Shown here in pieces: positions 28,731 through 39,801 of a DNA stretch of 64,000 nucleotides (the stretch's first letter is position 1; the number at the start of each line of letters is the position of its first letter). Made by a program: the position numbers and the translations under genes. The notes beneath the pieces are model-generated. The model had not been told where the DNA came from. It did not search any database and was given only the letters and a program-made list of their open reading frames with translations. Origin of the DNA: Candidatus Izemoplasmatales bacterium (GTDB taxonomy: Bacteria > Bacillota_I > Bacilli_A > Izemoplasmatales > Hujiaoplasmataceae); assembly GCA_050949045.1 (NCBI GenBank), contig JBMNEZ010000001.1, positions 96,001-160,000 of the forward strand. The letters are read 5' to 3'.

Positions 28731-31700
28731 TTATGATTTAACCTTGAAAATGTTTTTTCTCTTATCGAGATCGCTCAATACGTACATGGCGGCGCTAATT
28801 ACAGTAAGAACAATGAATACAACTGTCAGCGCAGTTATTATGACTTTCCACCACACGGCAACAGGCTGTAGGCGTGTAAGGTTTGAATAACCATCCATGG
28901 AGGCACTGTAATTTGCCACAACGAAGAGCAACCGGTGCATGGATTCTCTGAGATTGATATTGAATGAGGGGCTGTTTCTCAAGTCGCTGGTGAAGCCGCT
29001 CAAAGTGCCTTTATCTAAGAAACAATCCGTTCCGTTCATGAAGCCGTCGTCATACACCATGAACAGCTTCCCGTTGGAACCGGCCATATCGGTAAGGGTG
29101 TACCCGTCGAAAGCCCACTCATCTCGAAGAATGTTCATCATAAGATTGTCGTTTGCACTTGTCCATAAACAGCCGGCACGATTAAATGATGTCATAATCG
29201 CATGAGAATTACCCATATCTGGACGAAGCGCATATTCCCAGGGCAACAGATATATTTCCCTTGCGGCCTGCTCATTCATCCAAATGCAGATGCCATTGCG
29301 ATTTGTCTCCTCGTCATTAAAGATGAAATGCTTTGGATGGGCGACAACGCCTTGTCGCTGCATTGCCAGAATTTCGTATACGGCGGCGATGCCGCTCAAG
29401 AATGGATCTTCGGAATAATATTCTGAAGCTCTCCCTCCGAATGCAACCCGATGCATATTCAATCCGGGAGCGTAAAGTCCGTGAAGATGTTTTTGCGATG
29501 GGTCGTGACCGCTTCGGCCATCTGCCGCAATCGCTTCGCCGACCTTATCGTAAATCTCCAAACTGAATGTTGATGCGATAATTCCTTCACAACTCATTGA
29601 AGAATATCCTTCAGCTGTGTTGCTGATGCCGTAAGGGCCGTCATCTTCATCGGTCATCGGTTTTGCCACGCTTGCAAGAGCAGGTGTAAAACCGTAACAG
29701 TTCGTCAGAGTAATAAACATGTCTTCCTGTGATATCTTATTTAAGAGCAGATCCCATTTAGGATCCGTATACGGCAATCCCGCCATCATCGCAAGGGTCA
29801 AGTTGGAACTCAAGTCATTGAAAGTAGGCATGACAGCGTTATTGTATTCAACGATGGTCTTGTGGCTTGTGATATCGTATTTTTCTTCCACCATGTTGGT
29901 CAAAGAAAGGGTCGTCACCCCCGAGGGCAGCGTGCCCAACCAATTATTGCGTGATACATAGACAACGTCACCGTTTTCGGCGGCCTCATTAGTAACACCG
30001 GAGAAGCGGTTGGGATCCATATAATCAAGTTGATTGGTAATCTTTGTTTCAACCGCAGTATCGCTGAGCGTATTGGGGGTTGATGCCGATTTTGCCGTGG
30101 ACTTGGAAAACACCTCGGAGTCAACGTTTGCTTGAGAAAGCACCAGTTTTACCAAATTGTCATCTCCGTCGGCGTCCATATTGCTGTTTGCTTTAGTATA
30201 ACCTTTTGCGGCCAAAATATTATTGACGGCATCGTGCGAGTCCTTCGCTACGGTGAGATAATAATCTCCTTCATTAAGAATGTATGTTTGTGCATTCTGT
30301 GAATCATACATTCTGAACTGCTCGAAGGCTACCCTCATCCGCTCCATATTCATTTTATCGGTTACTGTTGCGCTAAGAGTCTCACTCGCTCCGGGTTGAA
30401 GCAGGCTTGTTTTTCCAAAACCGACAAGTTCAACAGAAGGGACCTCAATCCCAAACATGCGTGCATAATCGGAATATGGTTTTTGCAGGTATATTTGCAC
30501 CACTTCTTTGCCGGCTTTGGCGCCGGTGTTTGTCACGGTGACGCTCACATTGAAGGCAGTGGTTTTATTGTTTTCATCCTTCTCCTCTGTGACAGTCAAG
30601 TCGCTGAATGCAAAATCGGTATACGACAAGCCATACCCAAAGGGATAAGCAACATCTTGATAATAATCGTATTCGCCCACGCCGGCAGTCACCATGACAT
30701 AGTCTTCATAGCGAGTCTCATAGTAACGGTAGCCTACATAGACGCCTTCTACATAAACGCCGTAGTACATTTGCGAACTATTTAGCTGTAACGCCTCTGA
30801 ATTTGCGTATTCTGAGGAAAAACCGTCGTTTTCTCGCCAATACATCGCTGCGGGAGAAGAAAAAGTATCCATTAAATAAGTGTCCGAAAGTTTGCCAGAA
30901 GGATTTATTTCTCCAATCAGCGCTTTTGCGACAGCATTCATACCGGTTGCTCCGGGAAGGCCTATCCATATCGCTGCGTCAATGTCATAGTTGTCGTCAA
31001 ATAGAAAATCACATTGAACGGTAACCGCTGAATTAATCAAAACGATGATTTTGTCGATCTCGCCTTTACTCTTTTTTTCAGCCAGTTGCTCTAAAATGCC
31101 AAGTTCGTTAGAAGTAAGCGTTAAATAACTACCGTCAATGCCGTCACTATCTTTCCAGGAAATGTCAACACCTTCCCCGCTTTCACGGGTGATAACGGCT
31201 ATGACCGTTCCGCCATGACTGGTATATTCATCGCTTATTCCTGCCAACTTGTATGTATTCCAAGAAGGTTCATCGGTTTTGAAAACGCCACCTTTGATAC
31301 CGCGTTTGGTCTGACCTTCACCGGTTGCCAAAAAGTTAAATATTTTGTCATTTACATTAAGATTGGTTTCTTCTTTAAGAGCTGTGTAAAGGTCAATAAG
31401 TTCACCTTGACGGCGAACCCCCGGGCCGTGTGTGGCATAGAAAATCTTACCGGCGCCGCTGATGGCAAAGGAAACATTTGAAGTTGGGTCGAGAGGCAGA
31501 GCGTTATTGTCGTTCTTTAATAGGACCAATCCCTCTGCTTGCACCTCTTCGTTAACGGCACGATAATACTCTTCGATATCCTCGGCGGTTTTAAAGAGCG
31601 GCCAACTGATGAATTTTTCAACTTCTCCCGCCTTAGGCTTTTCTTTGACTTCGATATAGTCTACCGTTCCCAAAAAAGAACTTATTTCGTTGTTAAACGG

Positions 31701-31805
31701 GACGATTGCGGCATTGACAACAAGCATCACCATCACAAGTGAGGCAAATGTGACAAATAATGTTTCCCATAGTTTCTTAATCAACAATTTTTTAAATGTT
31801 TTCAT
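28731..31805 (-). CDS. Membrane-anchored GH3 beta-glycosidase (module 2 partner; TM at both ends)
   Basis: EGLVLLKNDN, RESGEGVD, YVEGVYVGYRYYET, DDGPYG, HRVAFGGRASEYYSED, KHFIFN, EWAFDGYTLTD. Confidence 0.92.
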   Translation of the reverse strand: MKTFKKLLIKKLWETLFVTFASLVMVMLVVNAAIVPFNNEISSFLGTVDYIEVKEKPKAGEVEKFISWPLFKTAEDIEEYYRAVNEEVQAEGLVLLKNDNNALPLDPTSNVSFAISGAGKIFYATHGPGVRRQGELIDLYTALKEETNLNVNDKIFNFLATGEGQTKRGIKGGVFKTDEPSWNTYKLAGISDEYTSHGGTVIAVITRESGEGVDISWKDSDGIDGSYLTLTSNELGILEQLAEKKSKGEIDKIIVLINSAVTVQCDFLFDDNYDIDAAIWIGLPGATGMNAVAKALIGEINPSGKLSDTYLMDTFSSPAAMYWRENDGFSSEYANSEALQLNSSQMYYGVYVEGVYVGYRYYETRYEDYVMVTAGVGEYDYYQDVAYPFGYGLSYTDFAFSDLTVTEEKDENNKTTAFNVSVTVTNTGAKAGKEVVQIYLQKPYSDYARMFGIEVPSVELVGFGKTSLLQPGASETLSATVTDKMNMERMRVAFEQFRMYDSQNAQTYILNEGDYYLTVAKDSHDAVNNILAAKGYTKANSNMDADGDDNLVKLVLSQANVDSEVFSKSTAKSASTPNTLSDTAVETKITNQLDYMDPNRFSGVTNEAAENGDVVYVSRNNWLGTLPSGVTTLSLTNMVEEKYDITSHKTIVEYNNAVMPTFNDLSSNLTLAMMAGLPYTDPKWDLLLNKISQEDMFITLTNCYGFTPALASVAKPMTDEDDGPYGISNTAEGYSSMSCEGIIASTFSLEIYDKVGEAIAADGRSGHDPSQKHLHGLYAPGLNMHRVAFGGRASEYYSEDPFLSGIAAVYEILAMQRQGVVAHPKHFIFNDEETNRNGICIWMNEQAAREIYLLPWEYALRPDMGNSHAIMTSFNRAGCLWTSANDNLMMNILRDEWAFDGYTLTDMAGSNGKLFMVYDDGFMNGTDCFLDKGTLSGFTSDLRNSPSFNINLRESMHRLLFVVANYSASMDGYSNLTRLQPVAVWWKVIITALTVVFIVLTVISAAMYVLSDLDKRKNIFKVKS

Positions 31806-31806
31806 A

Positions 31807-32343
31807 TTAATCTCCCATTGCCCCGGCATCTGTTTGCTGATGGTTTTTCGCTTTATCAGTTTTGTAATAGCTGGATTTCTGAATCAAAGCAACAATCAAT
31901 GTGACTATTATCGCCACAAAGGTGCCTATCAGTTTGAAAAAATAACTGCTTGAAAGAACAGGATCCACAGGATCGCCCACAGTGCCCGATACGATTGGAT
32001 AAAGAATTGTGCCTATAAGCGAATATTCGGCGAGTATGCTCATAAAGAAACTGTATATCAGCGCGACAAAGGCGAAATACATGAGAAAACGTTTATAACT
32101 CAAGATATCTAAAATCATGGGGTTATTAACAAGAAAACTCTCGCCAACGCTTGCGCCGATGGCAATCATAATAAATATGACTGCCAAGATGTCCGCCGCC
32201 ACGACCTCGCGAGAAACGTTTCCGCCGTTAAATTCCGAAGCGCAGTTCAGTGCATACAAGAATAGTGCAACAACCGCAAGCACCAGCGCCAGAACGGATA
32301 GATAAAAACTCGTTTGTTTATAGAACATTTTGATTTTATTCAT
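31807..32343 (-). CDS. Hypothetical ~4-TM membrane protein
   Basis: Hydrophobic ORF with GGGAG RBS, tightly coupled to the downstream GH3. Confidence 0.75.
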   Translation of the reverse strand: MNKIKMFYKQTSFYLSVLALVLAVVALFLYALNCASEFNGGNVSREVVAADILAVIFIMIAIGASVGESFLVNNPMILDILSYKRFLMYFAFVALIYSFFMSILAEYSLIGTILYPIVSGTVGDPVDPVLSSSYFFKLIGTFVAIIVTLIVALIQKSSYYKTDKAKNHQQTDAGAMGD

Positions 32344-32399
32344 AGTTCTCTCCCTTACATAAGCTTTTTACATTAAGAGACTGTAAAGCAAATAACGGT

Positions 32400-34517
32400 T
32401 TATCCTCTCTTTACTCCGTCTTTTAGATAATATTCATAATCAAACATCGTCAACTCGACTGACGAGTAAAGATATATGCAGTCTATGATCGGCGCTTCAG
32501 AATGGAAGGTTCCGCCGTGATTTTTGTTATTGCTGACGAGTAACGTAATTAAGTTGGTGCCTTTCTTGAGCGTCAAGCCTTCAATAATAAAGATGTCTTC
32601 AAAGGGCGTTTTGTCCGTTGACAAGTCGCCAGACTCTACCAAGTTCGCCATCGGCAAGTACATTCCGCCGTATGCCAACCACGTTTTCGGCTCCGCGCCT
32701 TCCCACTCGCCGTTAACGACTATTTTGAAATCGGTATCTGAAATAAAGTTGTAAAGAGGTCCGCCTTCTTCTTTGGACTTGGCCCCAAAGAACTGGTACG
32801 ATTCGCTGGAAGCGCGGATATAAAGCACGGCATCGGTCTCTTCTTCTTCAGCTTCGATCACAAAATCAAGAGAGGCGCCGTAATAATAAAGTTCTCTGAC
32901 AAAATACCCGTTGCTGACATTGCCGCCACGGACAAAGGTATGATCCATTATCAATCCCTCTTCGAAGGAGTTGGTCGATGTTCCTTGACCTAGCTTGTCA
33001 TGAAAATTCACTGCTTCCGCTTCAAAAGTATACTTTTTGAGCATTTTGCCATATACATTCGTATCTGCGATTAGATTCATGCTCGTACTGAACTTCGTTG
33101 TGAAGGCTTTGTCCCTGTACCAACCTGCAAAGACATAATTAGCTATGACTGGATCTTGAGGGGAGTTGTTCCCTACTGTTCCGTTATATTCCACTTCGAC
33201 TAAGGCGTGTGAGACGTCGCCGGCGCCGATATCATAGTAGTAATTCACTTTGATATCTTCATATTGCACCGCATCTTCAATCCATTTTGCGTAGAGCGTC
33301 AGATCACTGACTACGGGTGTATCCGCTAGAGTAAACTGATTGAGGCATCCGGGCTCGGTAAACCAACCGCCGAATGAATAGCCATCCCGTGCCAGCACTG
33401 AGAAATTTTGAATATACTTTTTATACTTGATAGTTTGTTTCGCGGGCTGTTCGGGCGGATTTTCAAAGTTGTAATCAAATTTGATCTCATATTCGCTTAA
33501 TGTCCAACCGGCATAAACAGTCAGATCATCGTTGATGCTCGAAAGGTCAGCGAGATGCTCTTGAGGAAGAGGGTCTTCCGAATTGGGATTGGTTTTGATC
33601 ATGTACCAACCGGCAAAATCGTGCCCCACGTAGGTCAAGGCGTCTTCTATTGTCTCTGCCTCTGTTTCAATCGAGGTGTTTTTGGCGACCAAATAGCTCA
33701 AGTTCAAGCTATCGTCAAGAACGCCGCCGTTTAGATTGAATGACACATTGTAGGCATTGCGGCTCCAACGCGCATAAATGGTAACATTTGAATCGAGCGG
33801 CGTTTCAAAATCAAAAGGTTCACCGCCGGTCGGCTTGGTATACCAACCGACAAATTCATATTGATCCCTTGTAGGTGCATCTACACTGATTGCTTCGCCC
33901 AGTTTTACCGCTTTGACGACGGGTGCGGGCGAACCGATATAGTTATAATCTATTGTCAAATATGCTTTTTGTTTTGACCATCCAGCATAAAGAGTAATGT
34001 CACTGGATACTGCCGAATCAAAATCATAGACCTGTGTACATTCTTTGTCTGTATACCAGTTAACAAAAGCATAAGTCTCATCTTCATCGTAAATGGGATT
34101 CTCGGGTAAGGCAAACACTGAATCTTTTTCGATTGCATATATTTCATCCATCGTCCGGTAATTAAGGAATTTCAAAGTGACGAGGCTTACCGCGTCATTT
34201 CTTTGCCATTTCGCATAAACGGTAATATTGTCATTCAATGGCTGCAAATGATCATATGCCACCGTTGCATCTTCTTTTTCGCTTAACATCCATCCTACAA
34301 AGTCAAAACCTGTACGTGAAGGATTGGCGGGAAGAGTGATAGACTGTCCTGCTTCAACGGTGATTTTTGCATAAATTCCCTGATAATTGTCATGAAAAAA
34401 GACAGTATGCACTTTAAGTCTTTCATCTTCGACGGGACGACCACATGCACCGAGGGCACTTATACATAATATCAAGAGAGATATAAACGGGATAAAGAAA
34501 TATAGTTTCTTATTCAT
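32400..34517 (-). CDS. Lipoprotein with ~6 InlB B-repeat-like domains and C-terminal CBM6/35-like domain
   Basis: Lipobox LGAC; repeated F.GWY...T.YA.W units; YTFEAEA..SNGYFV..GTNLITL..GGT..APIIDCI. Confidence 0.78.
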   Translation of the reverse strand: MNKKLYFFIPFISLLILCISALGACGRPVEDERLKVHTVFFHDNYQGIYAKITVEAGQSITLPANPSRTGFDFVGWMLSEKEDATVAYDHLQPLNDNITVYAKWQRNDAVSLVTLKFLNYRTMDEIYAIEKDSVFALPENPIYDEDETYAFVNWYTDKECTQVYDFDSAVSSDITLYAGWSKQKAYLTIDYNYIGSPAPVVKAVKLGEAISVDAPTRDQYEFVGWYTKPTGGEPFDFETPLDSNVTIYARWSRNAYNVSFNLNGGVLDDSLNLSYLVAKNTSIETEAETIEDALTYVGHDFAGWYMIKTNPNSEDPLPQEHLADLSSINDDLTVYAGWTLSEYEIKFDYNFENPPEQPAKQTIKYKKYIQNFSVLARDGYSFGGWFTEPGCLNQFTLADTPVVSDLTLYAKWIEDAVQYEDIKVNYYYDIGAGDVSHALVEVEYNGTVGNNSPQDPVIANYVFAGWYRDKAFTTKFSTSMNLIADTNVYGKMLKKYTFEAEAVNFHDKLGQGTSTNSFEEGLIMDHTFVRGGNVSNGYFVRELYYYGASLDFVIEAEEEETDAVLYIRASSESYQFFGAKSKEEGGPLYNFISDTDFKIVVNGEWEGAEPKTWLAYGGMYLPMANLVESGDLSTDKTPFEDIFIIEGLTLKKGTNLITLLVSNNKNHGGTFHSEAPIIDCIYLYSSVELTMFDYEYYLKDGVKRG

Positions 34518-34529
34518 TGCATACTCCTT

Positions 34530-34856
34530 TATTTGACAATTAACGGATAATGTTGGGATATTCTTTATCACAACGATATTTTACCGCGCATTAAAGAATA
34601 ATCCCAACATATCCGCCTGCTTAATTGATTCTTTCTATTGTCTTAAAATCTTTATTGCTTGTTTCTTTTGTTAATCAGACTTCCTGCGTTTTAAGAATAG
34701 TACTCCGAGAGACAGCAATCCGGTAACGAGGATTCCGGTTCCGGTTAGCGAGCTTCCGCATCCGCTTATCGGTTCTGCATCTTTTCCAGCAGGACCGGCA
34801 GGACCGGCAGGACCAGCTGCACCAGCATCGCCCTTGTCGCCCTTGTCACCTTTATC
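34530..34856 (-). repeat. ~326-bp inverted repeat copy B
   Basis: Reverse complement of 16682-17007. Confidence 0.93.
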
Positions 34857-37800
34857 ACCTTTAGCACCAGGATCACCCTTAGCACCAGGATCTCCCTTAG
34901 CACCAGGATCACCCTTAGCACCAGGATCGCCCTTGGCACCAGGATCGCCCTTAGCACCAGGATCGCCCTTTTCGCCGGCAGGGCCAGCTGGGCCTTCAAT
35001 GACACCAAGATTAACAACAGTGCCGTCTGAGAAGGTTACGAGCAATTCGCCTTCGTCGTTAATTTCCGTGGAAGCGATGCTGCCGTGTCCTACGACGATG
35101 GTGTATTCAGCGGAGCCTTTAATCCATCTATCAAATATTCCTTGTACGGTCACGGTGAAGGTTCCGATTTCGTCTGTGCTTCCAGTGATGATGCCTGTTT
35201 TTCTGTTCAATGCCAAACCTTCAGGCAGCATTCCGGAGGTAATTTGATAATCAAATATCGTTGCTTTATCTTTGGCGCCCGCAAAGCCAACATCAAGACT
35301 GACTGTTTCTTTCGCATCGACGATGAATTTGCCGGGAGTCCATTGAGATACGATGATACCGTTTTGAGAATGACCTGCATTTGCATATTCGCTATACATG
35401 ATCATGGCGCTGTAGCGAACAATGTACCATTGGTTATTGGAATAGTAAATGTCCTGCGTAGTATCCTGAGTTAGCGCTTCAGCTTCTGCAGGAACGAATT
35501 CACCGGCTGCGTGAGCCGCAATAAACCTATAATAACTTACACTGGTTTCTCCTGTAATCTTAACAAGATCGTTGATATTATAGGCTTTGGTAACGTCGAA
35601 TTCTTCAAATCTGGATGCATCCTCACCACCAAGTGTTTTTCTTCCAATATAGACGCCGCCAAGCGAGCCGGTAAGCTCATTGACATATTCCGGATCCCAA
35701 CGGCCTGAATAGGTGTTGTTTGCCGGGGTGCCCAGGTTGGTCGTGTTGTTTCCGCCAGGAGCGTGGTTGTGGCCAGTGCGAAGCATCAGGTCTTCAGAAG
35801 CGACATTGGCTTGTGGCGAGTACATATCGGGATGGAAGAAGAAGTTTGGACGGCCCCATTCCTCGCGTACAAGGATGTTGCACATATTGAAGCTCACCGG
35901 GGTAGGAACTGAACCGATACGGCCAAACGCCGACATCGCACCTTCGCTATTGCCTTCTTGAATCGCAATTTGCCATGGCTTCAAGTAGATTTCTCGCAGT
36001 GCCTGTTCTGAAACCCAAGCAAAGAGGTCACCCGAGTTACGATTGGTTTCTTGGTCGTTCAAGAGCATGTGTTTCAAGTGGCTTGTTACGCCGCGATCTT
36101 GAATGCCCTTGACAACTGCCTGAGCCATCCAGCCGGCATGGAAACCATCTTGTGAATAGTACTCGTTGTTACGACCTGAGAAAGGAGTCCGATGGAAGTT
36201 GATAGCCGGATTGAGCCATTGTGTTCTCTTGGTGTTCGTATTCAAGTTCTTTAGCAGGCCCATGTTGGCAGTGACTGCCCCTTGTTTGTAGCCAAGCTCA
36301 AGATTCCAGGTTGCTCCGATTGTCGCATTGCAGCACCAGGTGTATGTACCGTTAAAGTTAGTCGGGGAGTCAGCAATACCGCCAGTGGGAATTCCGAGGT
36401 TGGGAACAGGGTTACCATTGTTACCGCCACTCCAGCAAGCTGTATAGAAGTCGTTCCATGTCCACTGGTTCATGAACTTAAGCCAGACTTGTCTGCCCGT
36501 CATGCCGGCAAACTTGCCTTTGGCGATCATGCTGTCGTCATTGAAAACAATGCCGTTTAACTCACCAAACAGGATCCAATCATCGCCCGCAGCTTCTTTT
36601 GCCAAAGCTTGATAATCGGTATTTCCTACTTTGTTGGGAATTTGACTCCATCCCTCCATCATGGCGGCAGTAACGTCATAAAGTCCCGCTTGATTGCCAA
36701 GATAGCCGTTTAGACCTGCATCGCCTATAAATAATTTATCAGAGTATACATAATCACCGGTGTTGGTCTTCGTCTGTAACTCCGCTTCCATCACATCAGC
36801 GATATAAGAGGCATGAGTTACTTCTTCAACGTTGGCATCTTCGCCTGTTTTGATAAGTCTCATCGAAGCTGAGAAGTTTTGGCAATTTGTTCTGGTGTTG
36901 AAGGAAGCGCCCACTGCAATCGCCGCTGTGACTCTGACATTGTTGGTTGTTTCGCCGCCCCAACGAGTCGATTTGTATGTTACAAAGTCGCCTACTTCAT
37001 AAGCTTGAGTGGCAATTCCGTTTGCGATCGGGCCGTTGTCTTTAAAGACAATCGTAGCGATAGTTTTGATGACTTTGTAAATTCTATTACTGTCTACCAG
37101 ATAAGAATTTAGTGGAAAATCGCCGTCCACTGAAATTGGTGGAATAGCCTCGGTGTCCTTTGTGGCTTTATAAACCGCTTTACTATCTTCCACTCCAAAC
37201 TCATCATTAGTTTTATAAGCAGTTGATGTGGAGAAGTAAGCATACTCAGGCTTCCATTGATTCAGATCATAATTGTGATAATAATCCATCAAATCCGCAA
37301 ATGCCTTCGTGACGATCAAGCCACCGTCAAAGACGCCGGACAGTGTATCGACTTCCGCTTCATTAAATGGTCCCGCAGCATGATTTGCTTTAAACTTGTA
37401 ATAACTTACATTAGATGTTCCTGTCACTCCAGGTGTTACTGTGGTTATTTTGACAACATCGCCGATCACATAGGCTTTTGTAATGTCGAATTCCGAAAAG
37501 CTGGAAACAGGAACGCCGTCAACCGTGGTGACGGGAGCTTTTGGGAATGTCTGGACCATGTCAGATCTGGAAAGCAACTCTTGTTCTTTACTGAACAACT
37601 TGTCGTCATCATCAATTACGCCGTCGCCGTTCCAATCCACATCATTATTGCGGAGAGAATTGCTTCTGCCGTTTTCTTTCGAGAAAAGGTTCACAATTTC
37701 ATTGTCGGAAAAGTCGTCAAGTGCAAGTTTCGCATCGCCGTTGATTGTCAAAGTAATTTTTGCCGTAGCATTTGTGCAATGCGAGGTGTTGGAGGCAAAC

Positions 37801-39281
37801 AGATTGTATACTCCGCCTTCCAACTCAAAGCCCTTGAATCCGTTGCTATTCGCATCGGCATAATCATAAGAAGCCATATCTTGCAAATTAACATCGAGTT
37901 TCATAATCTGAAATTCGCCAGGATTGAGAAGATTTGTCTTTGCATAGGCAACCAGATTTACGGAAGCTTTTTCGATTTCTCCTCTTGTATAAGGAGCCTG
38001 TGAATAGATTTCCACTACTTCTTTGCCTGCCTCATCACCAGTATTCGTCACTTTGACGATCAGAGAAACCGTCTTAATCTTGGCAGGCGAGAATAATGAA
38101 GAACTGATATCCGCTTCATCAAGTTCACTGTGTGTGATCGACAAGATTTCCGTATTAAAGCTGGCATAAGACAAACCATAGCCGAATGGATAGACGACAT
38201 TGTCGGCATACCATGCGTCTGCCTGGGCTAAGCCGCCCGGCGAGCCGGCTTTACTCAATACGCCGTCGACATAATTCAGGTTTCCAGCCAGAATTTCCGC
38301 GTAAACGGTCTCATAATACTTGTATCCGATATAGATATCTTCGGAATAATCCACACCATGCAGAGAAATCGGGACCGGTTGGCTGCCGTCTTCTCTTAAA
38401 TATTTGTTGCTGCCAGCATCATTTTGAACGTTCGCAATGGAGTTGTACCAAGTTGGATCGAGCGAAAAGTCTTTTGGCCACACGTCAACGAGTTTGCCAG
38501 AGGGGTTCCACTCGCCGCTTAACAATTTTGGAATCGCCTTGATCCCATTTGCGCCGGGACGTCCGATATACATAATCGCATCCACTTTATTGTCATTATG
38601 AAGATTGTACATCTCCATTGGAGTGGATGTATTAAGAAGAACGACGACTTTGTCGCAGAGAGCCGCGGCCTTATCGATCATAGCAATTTCCTTTGCTGTA
38701 AGCATCAGGAAGTGTTTGAGATCGTTACCGTCTGAGTTTCTAGCCAAGCGTTTATGTTGCCAACCGCCGATGTTTTCTACTGCATCATTGGCAAGTTCGC
38801 TTGTTGCTACAGCAAGGTCTGATCCTTCACCGCCACCGCGTTTGAGAACCACAACTGCCACATCAGCGAATCCTTCAACATCTTTTGAGGCTGCCCCTGC
38901 AGCAGCATCCTCATTGATCAGAGTTGGATTCACCTCAAACCCATCGGCATCAAGCACGTCGATTACTTTATGGCTACCGCCCTGTAAAGAAGCTGCCGCA
39001 GCACCGAATACCGTTACGCCTTTGGCTTTGCTAAAAGGCAAGGCGTTATCTTTGTTCTTGAGCAGAACAGAGCCTTCTCCGGTAAGTTGAATATTCAATT
39101 CTGCAGCTGCGGCAGTAGCTTCGTCCTGCGTCTCATAGGTGGGAATCGCAATCCCGCCGTTGGCAGCGTAGGCACGAGAGCCGCTAAACAGGTATGCTGA
39201 TACCGCAGTCGCAAGCGCCAAAGTCAAAACCAGCATACATTTTCCAAGTATAAACCCGTTGTTTTTGCTTCTTCCTTTCAT
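34671..39281 (-). CDS. Large surface GH3 glycosidase with inserted small modules, Ig domain, collagen-like linker and Gly-Cys/TM/basic tail
   Basis: [58 protein letters not shown]; (GAKGDP)n; [15 protein letters not shown]. Confidence 0.9.
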   Translation of the reverse strand: MKGRSKNNGFILGKCMLVLTLALATAVSAYLFSGSRAYAANGGIAIPTYETQDEATAAAAELNIQLTGEGSVLLKNKDNALPFSKAKGVTVFGAAAASLQGGSHKVIDVLDADGFEVNPTLINEDAAAGAASKDVEGFADVAVVVLKRGGGEGSDLAVATSELANDAVENIGGWQHKRLARNSDGNDLKHFLMLTAKEIAMIDKAAALCDKVVVLLNTSTPMEMYNLHNDNKVDAIMYIGRPGANGIKAIPKLLSGEWNPSGKLVDVWPKDFSLDPTWYNSIANVQNDAGSNKYLREDGSQPVPISLHGVDYSEDIYIGYKYYETVYAEILAGNLNYVDGVLSKAGSPGGLAQADAWYADNVVYPFGYGLSYASFNTEILSITHSELDEADISSSLFSPAKIKTVSLIVKVTNTGDEAGKEVVEIYSQAPYTRGEIEKASVNLVAYAKTNLLNPGEFQIMKLDVNLQDMASYDYADANSNGFKGFELEGGVYNLFASNTSHCTNATAKITLTINGDAKLALDDFSDNEIVNLFSKENGRSNSLRNNDVDWNGDGVIDDDDKLFSKEQELLSRSDMVQTFPKAPVTTVDGVPVSSFSEFDITKAYVIGDVVKITTVTPGVTGTSNVSYYKFKANHAAGPFNEAEVDTLSGVFDGGLIVTKAFADLMDYYHNYDLNQWKPEYAYFSTSTAYKTNDEFGVEDSKAVYKATKDTEAIPPISVDGDFPLNSYLVDSNRIYKVIKTIATIVFKDNGPIANGIATQAYEVGDFVTYKSTRWGGETTNNVRVTAAIAVGASFNTRTNCQNFSASMRLIKTGEDANVEEVTHASYIADVMEAELQTKTNTGDYVYSDKLFIGDAGLNGYLGNQAGLYDVTAAMMEGWSQIPNKVGNTDYQALAKEAAGDDWILFGELNGIVFNDDSMIAKGKFAGMTGRQVWLKFMNQWTWNDFYTACWSGGNNGNPVPNLGIPTGGIADSPTNFNGTYTWCCNATIGATWNLELGYKQGAVTANMGLLKNLNTNTKRTQWLNPAINFHRTPFSGRNNEYYSQDGFHAGWMAQAVVKGIQDRGVTSHLKHMLLNDQETNRNSGDLFAWVSEQALREIYLKPWQIAIQEGNSEGAMSAFGRIGSVPTPVSFNMCNILVREEWGRPNFFFHPDMYSPQANVASEDLMLRTGHNHAPGGNNTTNLGTPANNTYSGRWDPEYVNELTGSLGGVYIGRKTLGGEDASRFEEFDVTKAYNINDLVKITGETSVSYYRFIAAHAAGEFVPAEAEALTQDTTQDIYYSNNQWYIVRYSAMIMYSEYANAGHSQNGIIVSQWTPGKFIVDAKETVSLDVGFAGAKDKATIFDYQITSGMLPEGLALNRKTGIITGSTDEIGTFTVTVQGIFDRWIKGSAEYTIVVGHGSIASTEINDEGELLVTFSDGTVVNLGVIEGPAGPAGEKGDPGAKGDPGAKGDPGAKGDPGAKGDPGAKGDPGAKGDKGDKGDKGDAGAAGPAGPAGPAGKDAEPISGCGSSLTGTGILVTGLLSLGVLFLKRRKSD

Positions 39282-39670
39282 AAATCTTTCCTCCTAAAAT
39301 ATATTTTATATTAATAGTAACTACGACAGTTATCTATGATTTTAATTGCTATCGGTAGTTACATCTGATTTTAAGGTTAGTCCTTGGATAGATTTCCATA
39401 TATGAATACAAGATGCAAGACATATTGCAATCAGCCTTACAAGAAAGAAAAGATAATGAATGAATATAGAGCGGGCATAAAAATAGGATTGGTTTATGCA
39501 TACAAACAAAAAAAGTACACAAATCCGTTATATTCTGATCAGTAACTGATAATAAGCAGTCAAAAAATCAACAGTTTACAGAATGGTATACTTGCTTGAT
39601 TGAAAGATTGCTATCCACAAAAGCGCCAAAAATGAGTCAAAGCATGCAGGCACTAAAGATAAATGATATA

Positions 39671-39717
39671 AGAAAACGCTTTCAATCAACTTTACCACAA
39701 CATAAAGAAATTTTCAA
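39671..39717 (-). promoter_or_regulatory. Module 2 promoter with cre/LacI-type operator near +1
   Basis: Minus strand TTGAAA-17bp-TAAAGT with extended TG, followed by TGAAAGCGTTTTCT. Confidence 0.6.
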
Positions 39718-39801
39718 TGTTATTCAAAGCAGAATGCCTATTATTGCGGTTTTGATGCGTAACCTTAGAAAATATGTGCAGTGTTAATAAGCTATACATA
39801 A

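Noticed and set aside
37600..37640. Dockerin/cellulosome assignment from [12 protein letters not shown]
   Set aside because: Only one Ca-loop is present, not the duplicated dockerin repeat, and no cohesin is seen.
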